Below, piece after piece: positions 32,048 to 49,020 of a stretch of DNA of 64,000 bases. Source of the DNA: the human T2T-CHM13v2.0 reference genome, Homo sapiens. Every line of letters starts with the position of its first letter. The stretch's first letter is position 1. The notes below the pieces were generated by a model. That model did no database searches, was not told the DNA's origin, and saw nothing but the letters and a program-made list of their open reading frames with translations. The DNA lies in NCBI RefSeq assembly GCF_009914755.1, contig NC_060935.1; one strand, 5' to 3'. A program made the translations under genes and the position numbers.

Positions 32048-32340
32048 GGCCAGGCACGGTGGCTCATACCTGTAATCCCAGCACTTTGGAAGGCCGAGGT
32101 GGCTGGGTCACTGGAGCTCTGAAGTTCGAGACCAGCCTAGCCAACATGGACAGATACTGTCTCTCCAAAAGCTACAAAAATCAGCTGGGTGTGATGGCGC
32201 ATGCCTGTAGTCCCAGCTACTCAGGAGGCTGACGTGGGAGGATCGCTTGAGCATGGGAGGCAGAGGTTGCAGTGAGCCAAGATTGCGCCACTGCACTACA
32301 GCCTGGGGGACAGCGTGAGACCCTGTCTCAAACAAAAACG
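32048..32340 (+). mobile_element. Alu
   Basis: Full dimer. Confidence 0.92.
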
Positions 32341-32905
32341 AAAATAATCACCCTCCTCCTGAAAAAAGGAAATTATAAATTTTAAAAGAAGAAAAAAGAG
32401 ATGAAATCTGCAATCTCCACACTCCTTTTTTTTTCCCCCTGTAAACAGAAGCTGCAAACTTTCTGCATTAAGGATGCTGATGTGCTGCAAATAGATTAGT
32501 CAAGCTAAACCACAGCGGAGTGAGAAGGGGTAATAAAAAGAAAGGCAGAAAGGGACTGTCTGAGCACGTACATATGAGTATGAGTGTATTACGATTACAT
32601 TCTTAATTCCAAGAGATGATTTGGGATGAGTCATTGTTTTGTACCAACAACAGTAAAATTTCTGTCCATTGTTACACATAACAGAGAGTGGATTCTGAGT
32701 GGTTATTTTCTACAGAAATTAAACGGAAATTTTTTTTTTTACCCCGAACCAGAAATTCTGTTGAGATTGGTGAGATTTACAAAGAATTCAGTACCATTTA
32801 TCAGCCATGTGTTAGTACTGAGAGAAGCTGTTTGGGATTTACTGAGGATTCACATAAAAAATTCTGCAAGGTATAGCTGAACAACTACCACAAAATAAGG
32901 TTTCT

Positions 32906-33137
32906 GGCCAGGCATGGTGACTCACGCCTATACTCCCTTGGGAGCTTGGGGAGCTGAGGCAGAAGGACTGCTTGAGACCAGGAGTTCAAGACCAGCCTGG
33001 ACAACACAGCAAGACCCCATCTTTTAATTTTTTTTAATTAGGCATGGTGGCAGTACCTGTAGTCCCAACGACTGTGGCACTCCAGCCTACGCAATAGAGA
33101 GAAAGAGACTCCAACTCTTAAAAAATAAATAAATAAA
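32906..33137 (+). mobile_element. Degenerate Alu with internal deletions
   Basis: GGCCAGGCATGGTGACTCACGCC..GAGTTCAAGACCAGCCTGG..CACTCCAGCC; TSD AATAAGGTTTC / AATAAAGTTTC. Confidence 0.8.
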
Positions 33138-33196
33138 GTTTCCTGCTTGGCGGTCTGGCTATCAATACAAGCCCAATCTGGTTATCCCCTAAACAC

Positions 33197-33484
33197 TTTT
33201 TATTTTCAGAAACAGGATCTCACTCTATCACTGACTGGAGTGCAATGACATGATCACAGCTCACTGCAGCCTTCATCTCCCAAGCTCAAGTGATCCTCCC
33301 AGCCTCCCAAAGTAGCTGGGACTACACGCATGTACCCCCACACCTGGCTAATTATTTTTATTTCTTTGTAGAGGCAGGGTCTCCCTATGTTGCAGGCTGG
33401 TCTCGAATTCCCGGACTCAAGCAATTCTCTCATCTCAGCCTTCCAAAGTGTTGGGATTATAGGCATGAGCCACCATGCCCAGTC
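33197..33484 (-). mobile_element. Alu (AluJ-like)
   Basis: Reverse dimer. Confidence 0.9.
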
Positions 33485-34019
33485 CTCAAATACTTTTTAG
33501 AAAAGTTTTTTTAATGTTTTCAATGATGCCAGGCAGCACCATTATATTGGAGCATAGAGGGCATCCTAAAGCCAATGGCCCCTGCTTGGCTTACAGAAGA
33601 ACTAGAATCTTCATTACACCATCATACTTGTAACTGTTAACTTTTCCAAAGCTGTATTTGACCTTATGTTTGAAGAAGGCTTTCCATACTTTAACTTCAG
33701 ACTACTTTTTCATCATCTTCTAATGCTAAACTGATTCATCTTCTGTCCCTAAAAATGACCTGTACTTTGCTATTTCCGTATCCTTGCTTACACTGCTCTG
33801 TCCACAATTCCCTCTTTCCCATTTTTCTCCATACATAGAAACAATCCTTCTCACTGCTCAATCCTAGCTCACCCTGGTAGCCTTCCTTCTTTGACTACCT
33901 CAGTCAACAAAAGGTTCTCTGTCCATCCTCACAATCTCTATAATAGTAATTGTCCAGATCTCTCAATTGGGCACTTAGGGAAACAAAACAACAAATACTA
34001 TATTTTCACTGACTCATAA

Positions 34020-34289
<270 letters not shown>

Positions 34290-34420
34290 TAGAATAGTAG
34301 GTACCCAACTTTTTAATCACCAAAGATAGTTTCTGTTATTTAATACCTTCCCCCTACTCCTACCACTCTTTGGTTTCTAAGTTAAAGTCAGAAGGCCATG
34401 TTATTTAAAACTTTGTATAA

Positions 34421-34708
<288 letters not shown>

Positions 34709-35109
34709 TTTGTATACCAAACTGGGATTATCAATAAACGAAGTGTATTTTTTTGAAAAACTAAGTTAAAACTTTTATTGTAAATCAAAGCTGTTAAACT
34801 CAGTTCTCACACAGAAAGGACACACGACTCCAGTTAAAAGCAAAGATATTTTATTTTTTGGTTAACCTGTGTGGCATCACCATGGCTAAAAATGTATACT
34901 TTTAGCTTTAAAAAAAAAATGCTTCCAGTGCTATCTACTCAGACCCCTTATCAATCTGAGGAACCAAAATCAAGAACTACATACTTAAGCCAATCCCTTA
35001 TTTTACTGATAAAACTGAGACCCAGAGAAGGAAAGGAGATTTCTAAAATCACAAAGGTGGTGTCACAGCCAGGTCCCCAAAAGGACATGGATATAAGTCT
35101 CCAGATTCT

Positions 35110-35131
35110 GAGGGGGGGGGGGGGGGGGAGG

Positions 35132-35178
<47 letters not shown>

Positions 35179-35194
35179 ATTTCTTTTTTTCTTT

Positions 35195-35234
<40 letters not shown>
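35110..35234. repeat. Compound microsatellite: poly-G, about (GT)21, then poly-T
   Basis: Directly visible; the T-tract is the tail of a reverse Alu monomer. Confidence 0.95.
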
Positions 35235-35235
<1 letters not shown>

Positions 35236-35385
35236 AGACAGGATGGTCTTGCTCTGTCACCCAGTCTGGAGTGCAGTGTTGTACTCACGGCTCACTGCAG
35301 CCTCAACCTCCTGGGCTCAAGTGATCCTCCCACCTCAGCCTCCCAAAATGCTGGGATTACAGGCATCAGCCACCAGGCCCAGTCC
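35235..35385 (-). mobile_element. Alu monomer-length element (hybrid arm)
   Basis: GAGACAGGATGGTCTTGCTCTGTCACCC..GCTGGGATTACAGGCATCAGCCACC. Confidence 0.85.
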
Positions 35386-35859
35386 AGTCAGTGTTCTTTC
35401 TATTACATCGTGCTGATGCCAAGGGCCTTACTTACACAAACAGAATGTTGATTATTTTAGGGCAGGAACCAAGTCTTACATCTCTTAGTATCTACCACTG
35501 ACTCTTCTACATAGCTGAAGTCACAATAAATATTTGTTTACTAATTACATATAATCAACTAATACCTAGTTATCTAATAATTTTAGCCCTTAAGAAATCT
35601 AAATGTGAAAGGCAAAGCAATAAAACTTTTAGAAGATAATATTAGAGATTATCTTTATGACTTTATGTCATAACTCACAGAAAGCACTAATCATACAGAA
35701 AAAAAGATTAAATTTCATTACAACATTAAAATTAAGAATTTATTTATCAAAAGACACAACTAACAGGGAAAAGACAAGCTACAGAGGGGAAAAAAGATAT
35801 CTGTAACAAGTACAATAAAAAAAAGGGGGGCTCATCTCCAAAATATAGAGGGAACTACC

Positions 35860-36340
35860 GGCCAGGTATTTCCTCAACAATTTATTAACAAATAAGATTT
35901 GTATATATTCAAGGCATACACCATGATGTTTTGATAGATGTATACATTATGCAATGATTACCATAACCTAACCAATTAACATGAAGAACATTCTTTTCAT
36001 TTTATTTTTTAAATTAAAACGATTTTTAAGTGGGTAGTTCACACCTGGAATCTCTCACTTTAGGAGGCCGAGGCAGGTGAATGGCTTGAGCCTAGGAGTT
36101 TGAGACCAGCCTGGGCAACATGGCAAGACCCTGTTTCTACTAAAAATATGAAAATTAGCCGATCACGATAGTGTGCACCTTTAGTCCCAGCTACTCAGGA
36201 GGCTGAGGCAGGAGGATCACTTGAGCCCAGGAAGTTGAGGCTGTAGCAAGCTGTGATCACGCCACTGCACTCCAGCCTGGGCAAAAGAGCAAGGCCCTGT
36301 CTCCAAAATACACAAAAGTTTTTAATTTAAAAAAAATTTT
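35860..36340 (+). mobile_element. Alu (AluJ-like) with an insertion of about 160 bp after its first 8 nt
   Basis: TSD GAACTACC; GGCCAGGT | insert | GTGGGTAGTTCACACCTGGAATC. Confidence 0.85.
35868..36027 (-). repeat. Inverted local duplicate of 37915-38081
   Basis: Reverse-complement match running from ATTTCCTCA through TATATTCAAGG..GATTACCATAACCTAAC..AAGAACATT to AAATTAAAAC. Confidence 0.85.
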
Positions 36341-36624
36341 TTTAAGAACTACCACAAGTCAATAAAAGACAAATAACCCAAAAGAAAAATGTGCAAAAGA
36401 CTTGAATATCACAGCTAATAAACTCATGAAAAGGTGCTCCTATTGTTAACCAGAGAAATGCAAACTAAAACCACAATGAGATACCACTATATTCCTACTA
36501 CATTAGGAATTTTTAATTTAATTATTTAAATTTTAAAATTTTAAATTTAGAAGTTGACAACAGCAAGTGTTAGAGAAGATCTGAAGAAATGGGAACTCAC
36601 CTATACTGCTGGTGAGTACCTTAA

Positions 36625-37108
<484 letters not shown>

Positions 37109-37136
37109 TACAACCACTTTAGAAAAATGTTTGACA

Positions 37137-37231
37137 GGCTGGTCCTATGGTAGTGGGTTATCAGAACTTATTAACTTTAGTGTCACTAAAGTTGGTATAC
37201 AACCCCCCATTGCTAAATTTGACTGGCTTTT
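37137..37231 (+). pseudogene. Y4 RNA (RNY4) processed pseudogene, full length
   Basis: GGCTGGTCCTATGGTAGTGGGTTATCAGAACTTATTAACTTTAGTGTCACTAAAGTTGGTATACAACCCCCCATTGCTAAATTTGACTGGCTTTT; about 3 differences from recalled hY4; short A tail; degenerate TSD AGAAAAATGTTTGACA / AGAAAAAAGTTGGGCA. Confidence 0.95.
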
Positions 37232-37283
37232 AAAAAAGAAAAAAGTTGGGCAGTAGCTAATAAACTGAAGATAAAGAAATCCT

Positions 37284-37940
<657 letters not shown>

Positions 37941-38373
37941 AATAATGTTCTTTATGTTAATTAGTTAGGTTATGGTAATCACTGCATAATGTATATATCT
38001 ATCAAGACATCATGGCGTATACCTTGAATATACACAAATTTTGTTAACTGTACGTCAATAAAGCTGGGAGGGTGAGGAAATGTTCTCAGCTGCAAATTCA
38101 TAGTATCCCCAAACAGGAAAACACCCACAAATGTCCACCAACAATAGAATGAAGAAATAGTGGCATATTCATGCAGTGGAATACTATACAGCAATGAAAA
38201 AGAACAAACTACTGCTACACATAATAGAGAAAAATATAAAACAGGATGTAAGAAGCTGATACAACAGAATACATATTGTGTAATGCCAATTATATAACGC
38301 TAAAAACTAGGCAAACTATATTGTTTAAAGATGCTTGTTTAGGAAGTAAATCAATAAAGAAAAGCAAAGAATT

Positions 38374-38535
38374 AGCTGAGTGCAATGGCACGTGCCTATA
38401 GTCCCAGCTACTTGGAAGGCTGAGGTGGGAGAATCACTTCAGGCCAGGAGGCCAAGGCTGCAGTAAGCCATAATCATGCCACTGCACTCCAGGGTGACAG
38501 AGCAAGATTCTGTCTCTAAAAAAATAATAATAAAT
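38374..38535 (+). mobile_element. Alu right-arm monomer (FRAM-like)
   Basis: ATTAGCTGAGTGCAATGGCACGTGCCTATAGTCCCAGCTAC.. Confidence 0.82.
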
Positions 38536-39399
38536 AAGAAGAAGAAAAAGAAGTGAATATCAAAAAGTTAGCATGTTGATTGGACACAGCACACAAAAAG
38601 CTGGCTCCTAGGCATGCTAAAAATGTTCTATTTCTTGATCTGTGTGTTGTATATAGGAGTATTTATAACAGCTCATTAAGCTGTGTATTTTATTATACAC
38701 TTTTCAGTATACCTCTTTTCTTTCAAAACAAAAAGGTTTTTGAAAGTGCTAAGCACAGGCCTAGTACATAGTAAACATTCAATAAAACAAATTTTTTTTA
38801 AGGCAAGATACTATCAAATTGGTGTAACACACATTGAAAGAATCAAAGTACCTGTGAGTATGAAGAAGTCACACATGAAGTAAAAGTCATTTACTCCTGA
38901 TTAGGTCATCATTCTAGTAGAAAAAAAACTGGTTATACAACTCCTTTGCACCTAAAGGAGGTAGGATCTACAAATCCTATAAATGAGAAAGGTCGTATGG
39001 ATTTCAATTAGCTACTTGGAATTGAACAAATTAATCTCTATAAATCTCAGTTTCCTCATCTGTCTGAGAAAATACCTGTCTAGATAGCTTATCATGAGGT
39101 TCAAATTAAACAATATTTGTAAAAACACTTTATGAATGGCAAAGTACCAAATGTATAGCATTATTAATATACTATTACATGACATGATTTTAGATATAAA
39201 TAAATCGAGCATGAGAGGAAATACCATAGAACATGAAAATACGAACACTTCATATCCTGCTTTTCATTTAGGATTTGGAAAACACGATGTCCCTAAATTG
39301 GTATAAAATCTTCGGGGGTAATATGAGAACAGAGGAAACCCCAGATAATGTGAAAATTGAGTAACAGCTTGGGGGGAAACCCGCAGCTGATATCTCAAC

Positions 39400-39658
39400 A
39401 CAGTTGTCCCTCGGTATACTGGGGGACTGGTTCCAGGAAGGACCCCTGAGTACACCAAATTACACACACACTCAAGTCCTGCAGTCCCCCGAGGAACCTG
39501 CATATACAAAAAGTTGGCCCTCTGTACAGACAGGTTTCACATCCTGCAGATACCACTGTTTTGATCAGCATTGGGATGAAAACAAATCCACATATAAGTG
39601 GATTGTTTTAAAAAGAAAAAACGCAGCTCAAACCTGTGTTGTGCAGGGGTCAGCTCTA
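39400..39658. mobile_element. MER8-like Tigger MITE
   Basis: CAGTTGTCCCTCGGTAT..GGTTCCAGGA..ATAAGTGGA..CAAACCTGTGTTGTGCAGGGGTCAGCT. Confidence 0.75.
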
Positions 39659-39962
39659 CAACAGCATTCACTAATTCTGACCAAATGACAGTTCCAAAAG
39701 AGAACTCCACCCTTAAAATACTGTTGACTTCATCCTAAACTGGATTATCTTTGATGGCAGGAACTAATCTAAATCATCTTCATGAGATGCTTTAGGTGTA
39801 ACACAAATGGAACAGGAAGGAAAGAGCTCCAAACCAGCCTAATTAACTGCAGTCCACAGCAAGTGGGCAAATGTTGCTGGGAAGGAGGCAAGAAGAAGAA
39901 ATGCTATGGCCAGAACACTCAGAAAATGGCAACTCTAAACAAGACTGAATTATTGTATCATT

Positions 39963-40272
39963 GTTTTTATTTTATTTTATTTTTTTTTTTTTTTTGAAAC
40001 AGTTTCACTCCGTCACCCAGTCTGGAGTACAGTAGTGCATCTCAACTCACTGAAACCTCCACCTCCTGTGTTCAAGTGATTCTCCTGCCTCAGCCTCCTG
40101 AGTAGCTGGAATTACAGGCGCCTGCCACCATGCCCGGCTAATTTTTGTATTTTTAGTAGAGAAGGGGTTTCACCATGCTGGCCAGGCTGGTCTTGAACTC
40201 CTGACCTTAGGTGATCCACCCGCCTTGGCCTCCCAAAGTGCTGGGATTACAGGGTGAGCCACTGCACCTGGC
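39963..40272 (-). mobile_element. Alu (AluS-like)
   Basis: Reverse dimer. Confidence 0.93.
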
Positions 40273-40284
40273 TTTTATTGTAAC

Positions 40285-40580
<296 letters not shown>

Positions 40581-40881
40581 CTTTATTGTAACTTTATTTT
40601 TTTCAATTGTAACATTTTAAAGGAAATGTATATATCACAGAATTTCAGAAAGGGAATGGACACCAATACAAGTACTAATTTTACAAATGAAGAAATGTGA
40701 AGCCTCAAGAGTAGAACTGACCTACTGGTTACAGTAAGTAGCTGTTTTATGAGTAAATAATTACTAAGTAAATTTTAAAAGTAAAAGTCTTGTAATAAAC
40801 AGTCACGGCTCATTAACAAAGCTCCATAAAAACTGAAATCTCCTCATCTCCTGCCAATATTTAAACTTGGCAGTCAACCCC

Positions 40882-41175
<294 letters not shown>

Positions 41176-41473
41176 GGAAGAGAAAAGGAAAGCAAATAAA
41201 ACAGTTTATTGATACTATTGAGCCATAAGGAGCTACACTATTTGTACTTGAAAGATAACAGCCATTCAAAGCTGTACCTTCCCCAAAGAAAAGCCCCACC
41301 TCAACCACATCAACTGCTACTAGCTAAATAAAAACATACAACCTTCCAAACCCGGGGTTTGACGAATGAGCCAGATGAAACTACACATTCATTTGCTCGA
41401 AAAAGTAAGTGTAACAGCCAACTCAGCCGTTTATCAGAAGGCACAGGCCCTTGAGAAGAGCATCATGGGTCGC

Positions 41474-42452
41474 GGTGATATTTGTATGTGTATATGTGCA
41501 TATATATATACACATACATATATCTCCATGGTTCCTGGCCTAAAGCTCCTATATAACCCTTGTAATTTCCTAAGTGACTTTGGTTAAAATACTGTATTCG
41601 GCCTCTTGCCACTGGTTCCTGAACAGCTCCAGAGTGATAAAAGCAAAAGACAGTCTTTTGCTATTTATAACAAGCCCCTTTCAACCACACCTGAGCTTAT
41701 GTTAATGAGATGATTTTTGCAAAGTCCCTAGATAACCACAGGACTGGTGGCCAATTGCCAGGGGAATCAACCCTGTGCTCATACAGTTAGAACTCAAAAC
41801 CCCACCCTCAACCTCCAGGGAAAGGAGAGGGGCTGAAGGTTGCACTGATAACCAATGGCCAATGACTTAATCAATCATGCTTACCTAATGAAGCCTCCAT
41901 AAAAACCTAAAAGGGGGCATCCAGGAGAGTGAAGAGGAACACATCCACTTGCTGGGAGGGTGAGGCACCCCAGCTCTACCGGGATGGAAGCTCCTGCGTT
42001 CAGTACTCTTCCAGGCTTTGCCCTGGGTATCTCTTCATCTGGCTGTTCACTTGTGTCCTTTAAAACATCCTTTCTAATGAACTGGTCAGTATGTTTCCTG
42101 AGTTCTGTGAGCCACTCTAACAATTTCATGGAACCCAATAAGGGGATATTGGGAAACCAGTTTATAGCCAGCAGGTCAGAAGCACAGGTAAAACCACCTG
42201 GAGCCTGTGACTGGCACTGAAGACTGGGGACAGACTTGTGGGACTGAGCCCTCAATCTGTGAGATCTGACGCTATCTCCAGGTAGACAGTGTCAGAACTG
42301 AACTGAACTGAACTGCATTAGAGGACACCAGCTGGCAGCTGCTGCAGAACTGGTTGACTGCTTGGTGTGTGGGGACACACTCCCACACATTTGGTCACAG
42401 AAGTATTTTGTGTTGAGAGTACAGGAGAAACCAATTCTGTTATTCCTATATT
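41474..42452 (+). mobile_element. MER21-family solo LTR
   Basis: CAACCACACCTGAGCTTATGTTAATGAG, CCAATGGCCAATGACTTAATCAATCATGC, CTCTTCATCTGGCTGTTCA, CTGAGTTCTGTGAGCCACTCTA, GTGGGACTGAGCCCTCAA. Confidence 0.85.
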
Positions 42453-42944
42453 CTAGGAGTCATCCACAGTCATTCGAGCAGTTTCTACACGAGAGAAGAA
42501 AGTCTACTGCATCGTAGTAAAAAATAAACATTAAACCTTCAGAACTATTTGCACAAAAGAAAAATGGAATCACAGGTCAGGTGGGGAAGGAGTGGTGCTT
42601 ATCAAAGGTCAGCCACTTAGTACAAATTTGCTAAACTGCCTTGGTCAGAGCACATTGTCAGAACCCCACTCTTTCCACAGAATTTTCCAAACATTAACCC
42701 ATGTCCGTAGCACGCTGATGAGGTAAATGATGTTTTACAGATAGGGAGGAACAAAAAAGTGAGGGCCTGGCTGAGCCAATATTCTCTCTGCCTTTTAGTT
42801 AGCATACAGATCTCTGTTTATTATTCTAGAAAGCTGTTCTCAATTTCACACATAGGGGATTATGTTTTAAGATGTAAAGTCTATATAAGGGCTGCTTTGC
42901 TTACCACTATCTTTGTCAACCATTATCAAAAACTCCATTAATTA

Positions 42945-43190
42945 AGCTAGGCACCATGGTGTGCACCTATAGTCCCAGCTACTCAGGAGGCTGAAGCAGG
43001 AGAATCCCCTAGGAACTCGAGTCCTGTCTGGGCAACGTAACAAGACGTCATCTCTAAAAAAACAGAATAAAATAAAATAAATCTGGGCACAGTGGCTCAC
43101 ACCCAACACTTTGGGAGGCCGAGGCAGGAAGATCATTTCAGCCAACGTGTTTGAGACCACCCTGGATAGCACAGTGAGCCTCTGTCTCTA

Positions 43191-43222
<32 letters not shown>
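42945..43222 (+). mobile_element. Two tandem Alu monomers (FLAM-like)
   Basis: Two single arms, each with an A-rich tail. Confidence 0.8.
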
Positions 43223-43225
<3 letters not shown>

Positions 43226-44420
43226 AAAAATAACAAAATAACAAATAAAAAATAAAAATAATCCATAAATTAGTTAAGAAACCAGCTTTTGAGCACCTTC
43301 TACCTGTAACAACAGGCCTGCCTACAAAGAAAATATTAGTTTTAAGTAAATCCTACTTTATTTTATTCTACCCATTGCTACAGAAACAAAGATCTGATCA
43401 TTTTGTAGTTGGGTATGTCAAAATCTTTTTATTATACAAGTAAATGTGTCTAGAGATTGACTGGAAAGAGGCACAAGGGAACTATCTGGGATATAGAGAT
43501 TTTCTCTATTGATTAAGGTGGTGGTTATAATAATTCATCAAATCTCATTAAACTGTATATTTAATATCTATGCATTTCCTGGTATATAAATTTTACCTAA
43601 AAAGTTTAAGAGTCAAAGACAATTATTTAATAGTGAAACCCCTGAGTTGGGAAACACAAAGGGTAAACCCCATATAATTAAAAAAAGACAAAAAGCCTAA
43701 CTGAAAAAACATATTCTTTCCTTTGGTCTACATTTCAACTTCTGTGTACTGATTAATTCTTGAAAAATCAAATACCCATGGGGCTTTCATAACACCACTA
43801 AGCAGAAAGGAGAGGGTCTCAGGGCAGAGTGGACACTTTCATCTGCCTGTGAGCATATAAACCACATTCATCAACTAGAGCTGCCCCATCCATCAGCCAA
43901 AGCAAAAACAAACTGTCCTTGTGTCAAAACGCAACATAGAAAGTCACCCTGTGATATCTCCTCTGAGACGGGTTAAGAGAAGAAGAAATGAATTGAAATC
44001 TCATTTATAACCACACGGCCTAAATTAGTCTCTCATAGTCATCAATGAGATGCTTATCAGATTGTGGAGGGCAAGGGAGGAAATGTGAAGAAGTTAAAAA
44101 AAAAAAAAGGTACAAATGTAAGTAACTAATATTGTAAGTGAAAAACCCACTTCCATCTTACCACACAGGTTTATTTTGTTCAGAAACAAACGCAAAGTGA
44201 ATACATAACTGGATCTATTTCAAGGGTTAATATAATAAAAATACCTTTACTCTGGAAGCAAAAAGAGTTCCTTCTTGATAGAAATGCCAGGTTTAACCAT
44301 TGGCAGATTGTAGAAAACACAAATGACAACTAAGATAACTAGTGTGGGCTAAACAATAACATTTTCACTTTTTGAAATAACTCCAAGGCAACTCCAAAGT
44401 CAATCATTCTTATTAGCAGT

Positions 44421-45563
<1,143 letters not shown>

Positions 45564-45871
45564 CAGTCTTTAAAAAAAAAAAAAAAAAGCATTACCAATA
45601 TTGGCTGCATAAATATACTAATAATAACACATGCTCATTTCTGCCATTGTGCCTCTTTTCCCTAAAGATTACTAAAAATAGCCACCTTAGCAAAGAAGAA
45701 TAAAGACTATCTTGGAAGATAAACAGGGCTTCAATAATGCCCCATAACTCTAAACTGATGTAAGCCTGCAACAGCTGTAAAGTCATCAGGGATTCATCAG
45801 GTAACACCACCAAAGTTAAGGTTGCAATATTTTACAAACTCACAGGCTGAAAAATTCCTTAAAAACCATCT

Positions 45872-46168
45872 GGCTGGGCATGGTAGCTCACACCTGTAAT
45901 CCCAGCACTTCGGGAGGCCAAGGCAGTTTGTTTGCTTGAGCTCAGGAGTTCAAGACCAGCCTGGGCAACATGGCAAAACCCCAACTCTACCAAAATATAC
46001 AAAAATTACCCAGGCGTGGTGGCATGTGCCTGTAGTCCCAGCTACTTAGCAGGCTGAGGTGGGAGGATCACTTGAACCCAGGAAGCGGAGGTTGCAGAGA
46101 GCTGAGATCAGCGCCACTGCACTCTAGCCTGAGTGACAGAGTGAGACCCTACCTTAAAAAAAAAAAAA
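45872..46168 (+). mobile_element. Alu (AluJ-like)
   Basis: Full dimer; TSD AAAAACCATCT / AAAAATCATCT. Confidence 0.93.
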
Positions 46169-46704
46169 TCATCTAATGCAGTAGTTTGCAAGCTTTAAGT
46201 AGCTATGGAATTCTACCCCATTCTTTAAAAAACAAAAACAAAACCTCAAAAGTTTATATCAGATGTCTTTCCACTTTCTTTTTGTCCAGTCATACTAAAG
46301 GGACACAAACTCATCCATCGGTAATAACATGCAGTAGTTTCTCAACTGTCAATGAGCAACTACTACCTCACTCAGTGTGGATACTCTGGTGCAAAGCTAA
46401 GCACCTTTCCCTATATTTCAATCTTCATTCCACAAGCAAACCTGGAGGCCACTCAAAAGAATCCTAAGACTCTCTGTAAATGTAGCTTGAAAAAAATCAC
46501 TGATCCGGTCCAACCCCCTTATTTCATAACTGATACCCATAAAAGTAAAATGAGAGACAGCATGGTATGACTGAAAGGAAAGTGATAAAAATCAATGCTA
46601 GTTCTAGCCCTTACCGGTATGTGACCTTGAGCAAATCTCTTAAAGTCTTTGAATTTTAGTTTCCTCATCACAAAATGTGAATAATCATATCTCTGCCCAA
46701 TACA

Positions 46705-46986
46705 ATTTTTTTTTTTTGAGACAAGATCTCGTTCTGTCACCCAGGCTAGAGTGCAATGGCACAATCTCAGCTCACTGCAACTTCTGCCTCCCAGGCTCAA
46801 GCCTCTGGAGTAGCTGAGACCACAGGCATGTTTCACCACACCCAGCTACTTTTTTGTGTTTTTGGTAGAAACAGAGTTTCACCATGTTGTCCAGGCTGGT
46901 CTTGAACTCCTAATCACTCAAGTGATCCACCTGTCTCAGCCTCCCAAAATGCTGGGATTACAGATGTGATCCACCACACCCAGCCT
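46705..46986 (-). mobile_element. Alu inserted into a MIR (MIR about 46560-47010)
   Basis: Reverse dimer; upstream GTGACCTTGAGCAAATCTCTTAA..TTTCCTCATCACAAAATG MIR core. Confidence 0.88.
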
Positions 46987-47348
46987 ATACTTTCTTTAAA
47001 AGTGCTCTGCAGACTGCAGAGCATTATATAAATTAAGGTTATTATTTTTATTGTTAGGTGATTATTAACCAAGATGACGTGGTGAGTCAACTGCACAGTC
47101 AGACCTGGAACTCAAATCCCCTGACTACCTCTCTAAGGCTTTTTCCACAACTTTATGTAACACTTGTGTTCAATACTAAGCCATTGTTATCAAATTCTCA
47201 AATTTGGGTTTTATACTAACCATTTGTATTGAAAAAAAATGGTGCCATGCATAAAACAAAATCCTTTAAGATTACATGAAATAAATGTAAACCCAAGGAA
47301 TTGATGGTCTATCCAAGCCAAAAGGGGGAAATGTAGATAAAGGATATA

Positions 47349-47666
47349 CAGTCGTGCACCATATACCAACAGAGGTCCTGTAAGATGATAACGCTGTATT
47401 TATACTGCACCTTTCCTGTTTAGCTGTGTTTAGATACACAAATACTTAACCGTTGGGTCACAACTGCCTACAATATTGAGTTAGGAAAATGCTGTATAGG
47501 TTTGTAGCCTAGGAGCAACAGACCATACCACATAGCCCTAGGTGGGTAGTAGGCTATACCACCTAGGTCTGTGTAAGTACACTCTTATGATGTTCCCACA
47601 AGGAAACAATCACCTAATGATGCATTTCTCAGAATGTATCCCCATCGCTAAGCAGTGCGTGACTAT
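47349..47666. mobile_element. Tigger3a-like MITE
   Basis: TA|CAGTCGTGCACCATA..GGTTTGTAGCCTAGGAGCAA..GCATTTCTCAGAATGTATCCCC..GCGTGACT|ATA, terminal inverted repeats. Confidence 0.85.
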
Positions 47667-48647
47667 ACTTGCATTCTACAATATGATATATCATGAATGG
47701 TTGTTAAGGCACTAATGAAACAATTTTGACCATTCTGAGCTGCTGTGTACTATTGACATGCTGAAGAAAACCAAAAAAGCCCATAATGTGGCTAAATAAG
47801 AACTTCAGCATGTACATATTGATCAGAACCCAACTATGATTTTTAACAATTAAAAATGTCCCAAAGCAAAACATGGTTGAACCTCCAGGTCAGATGTAAA
47901 TATAATTTGATGAAGTCATCTAACCTACAAATTACATATTAATAAATGACTGAATGGGCATACCTCTGCCACAAGCCTTACGTGGACAATGAAGAGAAGG
48001 CTGGTGCTGGCAATTTAGTGCTCTAGTGTCTACCAGCTCTCCAGCTGCTAAGCTGTCCCTTTCATCAATCTAAAATGAGTCATCATTGTTTCACCCGTCT
48101 AAAGGGCAAGGCAAAAACAGTGAAATTAAGAAACTCCATGGAAAAAAGAATGGAGAAAATAAAGCCAGAGATGTCATTAAATGTAATACAAGTAAGGGGG
48201 TAAAAACATATTATTCAAGGAATTTCTAGGGCTAATGCAAAGCTACTTCTTACGGAAAACTTGGAAAATACTACCAACGTAATTTTGTTTCAGAACACAA
48301 GAATTTTTTCTAAAAAGTTGTGTTTATAAGCTCATGCATATTCATAAAGTGATTCATTTGGTAGGAACATACAGTCATCCAGATGCGATGAAAAAGCAAC
48401 AGCTTTAAATGCTCAATCTACCCATCAGACTTAAAGGTTATAGTAGCATTTCTTGAAAACACATTAGTCATCTCTGCTCTAACTATACATCTCTGTAGAG
48501 AAAACATGGAAAACAGGGTTGACTGGTAGTACACAAGTTTGTCACTGCTGATCGTTAGAAAAGTCAAACCACATTCAAAAATAATATGGAACACTATTAA
48601 TATCTGCATGTTTCATCATCCTGTAAATTTCACATCCTAGACCATAA

Positions 48648-49020
<373 letters not shown>

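Noticed and set aside
34871-35451. ORFs with poly-CV, poly-F and poly-K
   Set aside because: Microsatellite translations.
41881-42255. 124-aa ORF
   Set aside because: Lies within the MER21 LTR; no recognisable domain.
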